From: Octopus sinensis | Taxonomy: Eukaryota | DNA length: 64,000 nucleotides | Assembly: GCF_006345805.1 (NCBI RefSeq) | Contig: NC_043004.1 | Span: forward strand, 55,800,001 to 55,864,000 | Direction: 5' to 3' | Shown: in pieces, positions 52,915 through 64,000 of the stretch | Position numbering within the stretch: the first letter of the stretch is position 1 | Layout of the letters: every line of letters starts with the position of its first letter | Made by a program: the position numbers and the translations under genes | The notes under the pieces: generated by a model | Databases searched by the model: none | Told to the model about the DNA's origin: nothing | The model's input: only the letters and a program-made list of their open reading frames with translations

Positions 52915-54166
52915 TACATATACACACACTTTACAACCACATGCATCTGGATTTAGTTCCACTGTGTAGTACCTTGGGTTAGTGTCTTCTACTAAAGCCT
53001 TGTCAGTAGATTTGGCAGACAGAAACTAAAAAGAACCTGTCATATATATATATGCATATTTTTGTGTATTTGTCCCCCCACCACCACCACTTGACAACTG
53101 TTGTTGGTGTACTTACATCCCAGCAAACTTAGCAGTTCAGCAAAAGTGTCTGATGGAATAAGTACTAGGCTAAAAAAAGTATTAGGGGCTGATTTGTTTC
53201 ACTAATTCTTCAAGATGGTGCCCCAGCATGGCTGCAGTCAAATGACTGAATGAAGGAGAAAAGATTTATCGCTACCATCTTCTCTCTTTTTCAAAGGGGA
53301 GAGCCCTGTCTCTCCCCTGCAGCAAGACACCTGTACCTGTCTCCTTTTCATACTTGAACCTCCCACTACCTCATATAAAGCCACCTCCCTCAATATCACC
53401 ACCCCGCTCAGTTGTGGGTTCTTGAGTGCCTGTCACTTGATGATCTCACTGGTACCAGTGCCATGTAAGAAACACCAAGAACATTCTGTGAAGTGGTTGA
53501 CATTCAGAAGGGTATCCAGCTGTAGAAACCATATCAAAGTACACTTGGGAGCTTGGTACAGTTCTCTGTCTTACCAGCTCCTGCTGAACTGTCCAAACTA
53601 TGCCTATTTCTTTACTGCCCACAAGGGGCTAAACATAGAGGGAACAAACAAGGACAGATAAACGGATTATGTCGATTATATCGACTCCAGTGGGTAACTG
53701 GTACTTATTTAATCGACCCCGAAAGGATGAAAGGCTAAGTCGACCTCGGCGGAATTTGAACTCAGAACGTAACGGCAGATAAAATACGGCTACGCATATC
53801 GCCTGGCGTGCTAACGTTTCTGCCAGCTCGCCGCTATGCCAGCATGGAAAACAGATGTTACATGATGAGTATGAGGATGTCCGTGATACACTACTGCCAC
53901 AATTTTTGTTGACTGCTTACTTGCTGGTTCTTGCTTGAGGGAGCTGAGGCAATCTCAGATTAGTGGTCCCAGAGATGTCTTCATGTGTAGAGCTGGCCAG
54001 GTCCACCAGTGCTTTCCATTGCTTAAGGAATTTTTTCTTTAGTTGAATAAGCTCCCATTAGTCTTGTCACTTTTCTCATTGCTGTTCTTGCTACTGTTGT
54101 AATTGTTATTAATTTTGTTCTTCACTTTCAGATGACAGTGGTTTCTTTTCTTTTCTCTGATGTCAT

Positions 54167-54597
54167 CTTTACTCCTTTACTCGTTTGAGTCATTTGACTG
54201 TGGCCATGCTGGAGCACCACCTTTAGTCGAGCAAATCGACCCCAGGACTTATTCTTTGTAAGCCTAGTACTTATTCTATCAGTCTCTTTGCCGAACCACT
54301 AAGTTATGGGGACGTAAACACACCAGCATCGGTTGTCAAGTGATATTGGGAGGACAAACACAGACACACAAACGTATACACACAGACATACACATATACA
54401 TATATATATATTATATATATATATATGCACATATATACAACGGGCTTCTTTCAGTTTCTATTTACCAAATCCACTCACAAGGCTTTTTGGTCTACTCAAG
54501 GCTGTAGTAGAAGACACTTGCTGAAGGTACCACGCAGTGTGACTGAACCCAGAACCACGTGGTTCGTAAGCAAGCTACTTACCACACAGCCACTCCT
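54167..54597 (-). mobile_element. SINE family A
   Basis: Consensus match. Confidence 0.85.
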
Positions 54598-57500
54598 AGT
54601 CACAGTAATAGCATCACTGTTATTTGCTGAACAGATGCTTGACACATTCATTGCTTCACCTACCTCTCTCTTTGTTTCTATTAAATACTCTTTCACTCCT
54701 TGTGTTTTTCATTTGTCCTTGGTGAATATTTTTATTTTTGCAAAATAATGGCATTAATCAAACAGTAGCACTTTCTCTAGACCCAGATAAAATAATACAA
54801 GCTGGAAATGGCAGTAACAGAGATGTGGCTGAAATTGGGGTGACATGCATTCATCAATAGTAAAATGATGGCTTCAAGTGTTACACTATAGGTATCAAGC
54901 AATTGACAATCCTGCTTCATAGAGTGTGGAAATTTGATTAGAAATTTGGTTCAGTAAAATATACAAAGATATATTCAATAAATAGAATTAGTAACACCCA
55001 GTAATATCAAGGTACATAACGGAAAAGAATTTGTAACTCTAGTTATTATCAGGTACTGAACAGTATATGCTTCGATAAACAGATATAATATGACTGCTTC
55101 CAAGCAAGGCAATATCTCCCTTTGGCCAGATATGATTTTACAGGAGACTGGAAATGAATGATATCCATTTACAATAATCATGCGATGTCAAGGAAAAGAG
55201 ACACAAACATATACTCACACATACATACATTATGGATAAATACACACACACCACACACACACACATATATATATATATCATAAACCACAGACGCTCGATG
55301 TATGTGCTTTGCTTATTTGCTTATAAGCTGCAGTGAGGATGATTCCCTCAAAGCACCAGGTGTTAAAACACCTAAAAGTTATAGACAAGTGAGACAACTC
55401 ATCCCAAATCCCATGCAGGAGTGATGGACATTGATGTTTGGCCGTTTCTGAAGATTATCTGCATCACATACCTGAACTAAATCAAGGGTGAACTGAATTA
55501 CCAGTCCATGACTATATACAAATAGTAGAAAAGCTATTTGCTAGTATGCCCCAATGATGCATACGTTAGAATAAATTCAAATATGCATTAGAAGCAGTGC
55601 AAATGTTGTAAACATTATTGACTACACATACTTAACCCTTCATATCCGGCCAGAAGTATTCTGCCTATTTTATTTTCAAAATGGCCAGATCTGGTCTCTC
55701 ACACCAACCCTACATTATCCTTTTAGAAATTAACAGCTACCTCATCAAAATCTCATAGCTACAAGATAATGCACAATTAGTTCAAAACAATGTAGATGAA
55801 GAAGCATTAATTTTGGCAGAATAATGCTAACACTAAAGGGTTAAAGAACATACTTTGCTTGTTCACCGGTAGGCTGTGACTCCCTCAAAGCACTGGAAGT
55901 TAAAACACCTGAAAGTCATAGAATGGCAAAACAACTCACACCAAATCTCAAACAATGAGCTTCTTTCAGTTTCCATCGACCAAATCTGTTCACATGGCCT
56001 TGGTCACCCCAGGGTTATAGTAGAAGAGACTTATCCAAGGCAGAATGCAGTGGAACTGAACCTGAAATCGTATGGTCGGGAAGCAAACTTCTTAACCACA
56101 AATCCATACCTGCATCTTAATGATAACTTTAAGGATGCTAAAAGCTGTTAATGTTATGCAGTACATTATAATGTATACAAGGCTACTTTTTGCTAATTAC
56201 ATGCGAGGGGAATGACGATGGGGAACTTGTAAAAGGGAGTATACAGAAAAAAGATAAAAAGAATCATGGCTCTGCGTGGTTGTTTGACTTGTAAAAAATT
56301 AAATTTCTCTCATATTATGCTCAACACATTGTGTAAGGCAATGTGGTCCTTATTTTACTGTGCTCAGAGAAAAAAAGCAAGGGGGGCCATCCCAGCTATG
56401 AACGTCTTTGATCATAGGTCTAGTTTATGATTGCAAGTAATAGGCAAAATTTCCTTTCCCAGTTTTCATGGCGTATATATTCCCTACCTGGACAGGACGC
56501 TGGTCCATCACACGATTACTCATCTTTGCCAGCTTTGTGGAATGGAGCAACGTGAAGTGAAGTGGTTCGCTCAAGAACGCAACGTGTCGTCCTGTCCAGG
56601 ACTCAAAACCACAATCTTACAATCATGAGTCCAACACCCTAACCACTAAGCCACCAGCCAGGTGCTAATAAACAACAAGGTAATGCAATTCTAATTCTCT
56701 GCCCGCTTTAAATAAAAAAAAAAACCTGTAGACTATTTAAAGCTGAACATTATAATAGACACAGCATAAAGCATTTCAATTTCCACAGCAAAAAAAAAAT
56801 ATTTTATGCATGCGAGTTAAAAAAAAAAAATCTGCGCTTATTTAAATTATGTGTAGATATCAAACATACTGTTATTATCGTTGGATATGAAACGGTTAAC
56901 ACCCCTGCCACTATAATTTAGAGGAGTTTACATATAAAATCTATAATAATTACAGATAGCAACTGTTAGAGACATCGTGTTCTTCAAGCTAACATTTTAA
57001 TAAAACGCAAAAAAGAACAAAATAAATAATGGCATTAACATATTTAACATTAAGAAAAAAGAGTTATCTCCCTTATATCTGGAAATCTGAATTCACGACC
57101 CAAGTTCCGAAAGTCTTAGAGTGATAAGAAAATCAATATGATCGAGGCCCTTTTAACAGTTGGATCTTCAATTTAATGCAAATTTGATTATTCCGATAGA
57201 TATATAACAAAAAGATGGTTGCCTTCTAAATGTTAGGAATTTGAGATACATTTTCTGTTAATATTCACTGCCTCAGTGAATTTTATAGTAAGGAGATGAT
57301 CATTATGTTTAGAGTAAGAATATTTTTACACTTGAATTATATTTTTATACGATAAAACAGGAATATCTTTGAAGATTTAGTTTCTTTATAGTAAGTTGGT
57401 TGTAGTTTATTCTCAGATCAGACCTTTAGAGAATAAAGGCATTCCTTTCTTTTAAAGGAATCACAGAATACAGTAGCCAAAGTGTCCTCACCTTTTTTTT

Positions 57501-57735
57501 TTATCGAGACGGTAAAGTGTAATTTGGCTGCTATATCTAGCAATTCCCTGTATAGAGGTGAAGAGCCAATCTCTCATTTTGATGTGTAACGATTCCGAGT
57601 GTTAACGTCAATAAGTCATAAATATAAAATAGCTTTCAGAGCAAAAACGGAACCTAAAGAGCATTAAAGAAATTCTATATACCTGTTCCTTTTTCTTTAC
57701 TTCAATTTCGCCTCTCAGATTATTATTTTTATTAC

Positions 57736-57786
<51 letters not shown>

Positions 57787-57842
57787 GGTGGCAAGCTGAC
57801 AGAGTCATTAACATGCAGGGCAACATCCTTTTTTTTTTTTTT

Positions 57843-58234
57843 TTTACTTGTTTCAGTCATTTTGACTGCGGCCATGCTGGAGCACCGCCTTTAATCGAGC
57901 AACTCGACCCCGAGACTTATTCTTAGTAAGCCCAGTACTTATTCTATCTGTCTCTTGCCGAACCGCTAAGTGACGGGGACGTAAACACACCAGCATCGGT
58001 TGTCAAGCAATGTTAGGGGGACAAACACAGACACACAAACGTACACGCACATACATATATATATATATATACGACGGGCTACTTTCAGTTTCCGTCTACC
58101 AAATCCACTCACAAGGCATTGGTTGGCCCGGGGCTATAGCAGAAGACACTTGCCAAAGATGCCACGCAGTGGGACTGAACCCGGAACCATGTGGTTGGTT
58201 AGCAAGCTACTTACCACACAGCCACTCCTGCACC
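57843..58234 (-). mobile_element. SINE family A
   Basis: Consensus match. Confidence 0.85.
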
Positions 58235-58729
58235 TATATTGACATTTTGTCCAACTTTATGCTCAGAGTTCAAATTCTGTCAAGGTTGACTTTCCCTTTC
58301 ATCCTTTAGGGGTTGATAAATTAATTACCACTTGAGTACTGGGGGTTGATGAAATTAACTAGACCCCTTCCCTGAAAATTTCAGGCCTTATGCCTTTAGT
58401 AGAAAGATTGGTGGCACATAAAAAGCACCATCTGAAAATGGCCGATGCCAGCGCTGCCTTGACTGGCTTCCGTGCCGGTGGCACATAAAAAGCACCAGCC
58501 GATCATGGCTGTTGCCAGTCTCCCCTGGCCCCCGGGCCAGTGGCTTGTAAAAAGCACCCACTACACTCACAGAGTGGTCAGCATTAGGAAGGGCATCAAG
58601 CTGTAGAAACACTGCCAGATCAGACTGGAGCCTGGTGCAGCCTCCTGGCTTCTCAGACCCCGGTTGAACCATCCAACCCATGCTAGCATGGAAAACGGAC
58701 GTTAAACGATGATGATGATTATTATCATT

Positions 58730-59510
58730 ATTATTAAGGCGGTGAAAATCCCACTGAGGTTGACTTCGCCTTTCATTCTTTCAGGGTCAATAAATTAAGT
58801 ACCAGTGAAATTCTGGGGTTGATGTAATCAACTAGTCCCCTTCCCTAAAATTTCAGGCCCTGTGCCTATAATAGTAAAAATTATTAAGACAATGAGCTGG
58901 CAGAATTGTTAGCATGCTGCGTGAAATACTTAGCAGCATTTCATCTGTCTTTACGTTCTGAGTCCAAATTCCATGAAGGTTGACTTTGTCTTTCATCCTT
59001 TCAAGGTCGATAAAAGAAATACCAGTTGACTACTTGGGTCAATAATGTAATCAATTTACCCATTGCACTGAAATTGCTGGCCTTGTGCCAACATTTGAAA
59101 TCATTATCATTATAGGCAGAATCACTAGAGTATTGGTTAAAAGACCTTCATTCTAGCCCTTTAACATCTGAGTTCAAACCCTGCTGAGGCTGACTTTATT
59201 TGTCATCCTTCCGAGTTCAATAAGCTAAAACACCAGTCAAGAACTGGTTTTGATGGTATCAATTGAACCCTTCCCCACGTACTTCAGACCTTGTGGTTAA
59301 GCATACATGAAGGCAGTGAGCGGACAGAGTTGCAAGCACACTGCACAAAGGACTTAGTATGTCACGTTTTTATGTTCTGAGTTCAAATTTCGTTGAGGTT
59401 GATTGTACCTTTTAATACCTTTGTGGTTGATAAAATATTTACCAGTCGACTAATCCTCACCCCTAAAATTTCAAGCCTTGTGCCTATCACTATGGGCACA
59501 AGACTTGAAA
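58730..59510 (+). mobile_element. Cluster of decayed family-B SINEs
   Basis: About four successive same-orientation matches to the family B core. Confidence 0.7.
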
Positions 59511-59534
59511 GAAATATTATAATGCATGCATATC

Positions 59535-59930
59535 TTAATCCTTTAACTACGAAATTAAATTTCATTGAACAGTAAAGTGAGTAGCCACATCAAAGTGACA
59601 GTTGAATGTCACTACTAGCTTAGCCCCAGGCAGATTCTCCACCAGCTGGTTTTCAATGCAATGTTCTGCATCCTTTATATACAATACATTGTTATCAGGG
59701 GGGAGCAGATCACAGGACTGGCCCAGTTTCAAGCTATTTGGCTCATCCTCAGCCGCGTGCACCTGTGCAGTGGAGTGATAGCTAAGATCCACTTTTGCCA
59801 TTCATTAATATTCCAGTATGACGAGCGATGTTCGAAAAACCATAAATTTTATTAAATTCTTGAACATTTTCAAAATTAATTGAAACAAAAGTGATGCATT
59901 TCAGTAGAAGTGTGGTAACAAAAGGGTTAG
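59535..59930. mobile_element. piggyBac-like non-autonomous element with unrelated internal sequence
   Basis: Right end gtaacaaaagggttag matches the 24189-family TIR; left end ttaatcctttaactac is degenerate. Confidence 0.45.
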
Positions 59931-60067
59931 ATATCCCGACATTCCAGTAATGATGATAAATAGCTACCAAAAAAATAGAATTGGTATTTTCTACATGTTA
60001 CCTTGCCTCAATAAATGGCATTTGAACAAAAATAAAGTTTCCATGAAAATGCTTCCCAAAGCTTTTG

Positions 60068-60228
60068 GCAGGAGTGGTTGTGTGGTAAGTAGCTTGCTAA
60101 CCAACCACATGGTTCTGGGTTCAATCCCACTGCATGGCATCTTGGGCAAGTGTCTTCTGCTATAGCCCCGGGCCGACTAATGCCTTGTGAGTGGATTTGG
60201 TAGACGGAAACTGAAAGAAGCCCGTCGT

Positions 60229-60278
<50 letters not shown>

Positions 60279-60490
60279 TTGTGTGTCTGTGTTTGTCCCC
60301 CTAGCATTGCTTGACAACCGATGCTGGTGTGTTTACGTCCCCGTCACTTAGCGGTTCGGCAAAAGAGACTGATAGAATAAGTACTGGGCTTACAAAGAAT
60401 AAGTCCCGGGGTCGATTTGCTCGACTAAAGGCGGTAGCTCCAGCATGGCTGCAGTCAAATGACTGAAAAGAGTAAAAGAGTAGAGAGAGA
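60068..60490 (+). mobile_element. SINE family A
   Basis: Consensus match. Confidence 0.85.
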
Positions 60491-60984
60491 GAGTGGATAT
60501 ATCTGATTTGCACAGCAAAAGGGTTAATATATTTTCCATTCTGCTGGCATGGTTGCACAGGTCCATAGTAAAGCATAATATTGTTCTTCACAATTCTAGA
60601 AGCCGTTGCTTTTCAGGGGCTAATAATCTTAAATCCGACTTTACCATTTATCTCATCTTTCTTATTCTTTGTCTGTCAGGGATACATTCCACTGTCAATA
60701 TATGGTACTTTGCATCCTGTAGAAGTGATCAATATATAATACATATCCAGTAGAGCACAACAATCATCCCTGTATACATTGATTAATATCTTTAGAACCT
60801 AACCATCTTCTTTTGTATTCTACCTTTCACACAAGTTAGAATAGCACAGCCAACAGAACATACTCCAGAGTTGCAAAAAAAAAAAGATGTTGACCTAAAC
60901 AACAAGGTTCGAACCACACAAAAAATTCAGATATCAATAAGCAAATATTTTTATATCTCTGTATTTGGTTTACATGCATACATA

Positions 60985-60989
60985 CATAA

Positions 60990-61058
<69 letters not shown>

Positions 61059-61107
61059 ACACACACACACACACATACATACATACATACATACATACAT
61101 ACATACA

Positions 61108-61140
<33 letters not shown>
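60985..61140. repeat. Compound (CA)n-(CATA)n microsatellite
   Basis: Visible directly; the window has dozens of (TA)n, (CA)n, (GAT)n and (GATA)n tracts. Confidence 0.95.
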
Positions 61141-61667
61141 GTCCCCCCACAACTTGTATGTATTTTTGCTTAAATTGCAGACAATGCTTTAACAGCATTT
61201 CAAAATGTACACCTCTGCAAAATGAAAAAAAAAAAAAATTACATATAAATACAAAGAAATGTGAATCCATTATATGACAAAAATCAATATCTCTCTAAGC
61301 TTAAACAAAAAAAACGAAAATAAATATATAAATAAATAAATAGACTGAAATACCTAATGGAAACAAAAGGAATTGTTATAAACTGAAATAATTCTTTGAG
61401 AGGATGATCCCACCTGGTGAGAATATTCCAATTCCCACATCAGATGTTAATTGTGTTTGAAGTTGCGAAGGTGGAATAGAATAAATGAGAAGTGAAGTAT
61501 TGAAAGGTAGATATATACTGTACAAGGAAATCGATATAATTGTAATGTAGAGGCGCTGACGGTAACTAGGTGGAGGACGACAAGTATCAGATGTTAGTAG
61601 GTAATGCTATAGCCATATCATGAGGAGGCAGAATGAAGAAGTACTGAGATCATCATGTTTTCTTAGA

Positions 61668-62025
61668 TCCACATGGTTCCAGGTTCAGTCCCACTGCGTG
61701 GCATCTTGGGCAAGTGCCTTCTGCTATAGCCCCGGGCCAACCAATGCCTTGTGAGTGGATTTGGTAGACAGAAATTGAAAGAAGCCTGTCGTATATATGT
61801 GTATATATATATATATGTGTGTGTGTGTTTGTCTCCCTAGCATTGCTTGACAACTGATGTTGGTGTGTTTACGTCCCCGTCACTTAGCGGTTCGGCAAAA
61901 GAGACCGATAGAATAAGTACTGGGCTTACAAAGAATAAGCCCCGGGGTCGATTTGCTCGACTAAAGGCGGTGCTCCAGCATGCCTGCAGTCAAATGACTG
62001 AAACAAGTAAAAGAGTAAAAGAGTA
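61668..62025 (+). mobile_element. SINE family A (5' truncated)
   Basis: Starts within the tRNA head. Confidence 0.8.
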
Positions 62026-63484
62026 TATAATGAACTTCTTTCAATTTCTGTCAACCAAATCAACTCACAAGGCTTTGATCAGCCTGAGGCTATTGTAGAA
62101 GACACTTCTTACCACACAGTCACATTGTATAAATACACTTTTCTTGTCATTGCTCTATGTACTATTCACCACTTGGTAATGTTACTTTAACTAAAGGGAC
62201 ACACTGTACAGTAGTGAGGGTTCTTTAGTTGTACAGGGTAGAAGGCAACATCACTAGTACTGGTGCTGTGATTAAATTCCCCCAGTATACTCCATAAAGT
62301 GGATGATAAAATAGGGCTGAGAGAAAACCCTTTAGTAATGTTCTGGACATGATAAACTCCATATGACTGGTGTCAAGATAATATGCTTCCAAGGCACTAA
62401 ATAAAGTAGTGGTTAGGAAGAGTATCTAGTCATAGAAGTTACGCCAAAAGTGAAACTTATAAGCAAGATGTAGTCCTTTGACCAATCAATCAGGACAATG
62501 GTTCTGAATAAGGACTGATGTTTTTGTTTTGTAGAACACCCAAAACCTTTTGCAATGGCGATCAGAAATATATATAATGCTTGCAACAAGGTAGGGCTTA
62601 TTAAAGGTACTTAAGGGGGGTCGTGTTATTGGCTACTAGAAGAACATATGAAGGAACTTCTAGTATATCATTCTTTGACCCATTTGATACCAACCTGCTT
62701 GAAAATAAACCTTGGTCCTCTGATACAAACTTTCTGTCTTAAGGTAACCGACATTAAAGGATTCCATAAAAATTTCATACTAATTGAGGTTCAAAACACC
62801 AGCTTATAATGACAGACTCATCATCAACATCATTCAATGTCCAGTCTCCATGCTGGCATGGGTTTCATGGTTTAACATGGAGCTGGATAGCAGGGAGCTG
62901 TCCAGATTCCAACTGCCTGTTGTGGCATAGTTTCTACAGCTGGGTGCCCTTCCTAATGCCAACCACTTTACAGAGTGTACTGGGTGCTTTTTACAGGTCA
63001 CTGTCACAGGTGCATTAATGCATGGCTGCTTTTTAAGTAGCAAAGGCACAAGTGCCTTTTTTAAGTGGCACCAGAACATGCAAAGACAAGCCTGTGTGTG
63101 TGTGAAAGGCAGTGATTTTAATTAGTTTGATGTGTCTTACCAAGTACAGCAAATCGCCACTTCCCCCGGGTCCCTTATCATTTCCTCTTTCTTTAGTGAT
63201 TCTGATAAATATTTAGAACAGCGGGACACTAGTCCCATTCAAATATTTAAAAAGAGGCACATGATGTGTGTATGTGTTTGTGTGTGTTGTGGGGGGAATG
63301 ACATAAGAAAACAAGGATAATAAACTACTGCACAAAATTAATTTCCGTTTGATTAACCTTTTAGCTTGCTGAACTATTCCGTTAAATATAATGCCTTTTT
63401 ATTCAAATTGTTTGAATTAATCATGCATTGTCTTATAACCTTGAGGTTTTGATGATGTGGTCGTTTATTTTTAGAATGTCAATG

Positions 63485-63776
63485 CGCAGGAGTGGCTGTG
63501 TGGTAAGTAGCTTGCTTACCAACCACATGTATATATATATGTATGTGTGTGTATATGTTTGTGTGTCCGTGTTTGTCCCCCTCGCATTGCTTGACAACTG
63601 ATGCTGGTGTGTTTACGTCCCCGTAACTTAGCGGTTCGGCGAAAGAGACCAATAGAATAAGTACTAAGCTTACAAAGAATAAGTCCCGGGGTCGATTTGC
63701 TTGACTAAAGGCGGTGCTCCAGCATGGCCGCAGTCAAATGACTGAAACAAATAAAAGAGTAAAGAGTAAAGAGAGT
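63485..63776 (+). mobile_element. SINE family A (internally deleted) inserted in a TTAA MITE
   Basis: MITE halves at 63355-63484 and 63777-63870. Confidence 0.8.
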
Positions 63777-64000
63777 AGGTTAGGTGTGAGAGGCCAAACA
63801 TGGCCAGTTTGAATATAAAGCATGTAGAATATTTGGGCCAGATATGGCTGGTTTAAATGCTAAGGAGTGAAGGCAATATGACAATTGTAAAACACCATTC
63901 TGTGAAAGGGAATGCCAAGACACAAAAACTTGAGGACCCCATGGAAGAAGATATAGAAATATCAATATTCACTCGCGGAGTGGTTGGCGTTAGGAAGGGC

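Noticed and set aside
61380-61580. About 70-codon open stretch on the minus strand (SDTCRPPPSYRQRL...)
   Set aside because: No start codon, splice signals or recognisable homology.
62535-62590. 56-nt candidate plus-strand exon (ttttgtag|AACACC...ACAAG|gtaggg)
   Set aside because: Good splice signals and two open frames, but no recognisable homology or partner exons; needs RNA-seq.
22873-63776. tRNA-like A/B boxes and regularly recurring repeats
   Set aside because: These are SINE heads without complete cloverleafs. The repeats are dispersed, not a CRISPR-like array.

Overview
Eukaryotic, AT-rich, repeat-dense genomic DNA. The SINE, microsatellite and transposon landscape looks like Octopus (recognition from memory, not proven). 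The one host gene I can support is WASHC5 (strumpellin, KIAA0196/SPG8 orthologue) on the minus strand. Its three coding exons (44464-44240, 38829-38723, 3806-3722) splice GT-AG in frame into a 139-aa N-terminus colinear with the human protein, across introns of 5.4 kb and 34.9 kb, and the gene continues beyond position 1. Nearly all other listed ORFs are microsatellite or repeat artefacts. The rest of the window is mobile DNA: a CR1-clade LINE whose ORF2 is open for 673 codons to the window edge (missed by the ORF track), decayed CR1 and mariner copies, an R4/Dong-like 3' end in (AAT)n, Helitrons, TTAA (piggyBac-like) MITEs, several tRNA-SINE families and RTE-derived elements. Highlights: (1) a 384-bp near-perfect palindrome with a complete minimal type-I hammerhead ribozyme in each arm, plus other fold-back elements with hammerhead remnants (Penelope-like); (2) an identical 271-bp inverted duplication bracketing the start-codon exon of WASHC5, a possible circRNA/ADAR architecture; (3) a TSD-flanked bipartite RTE element with an HDV-ribozyme-like 5' fold inside a mariner. 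Repeat boundaries were read by eye and are approximate unless stated otherwise.
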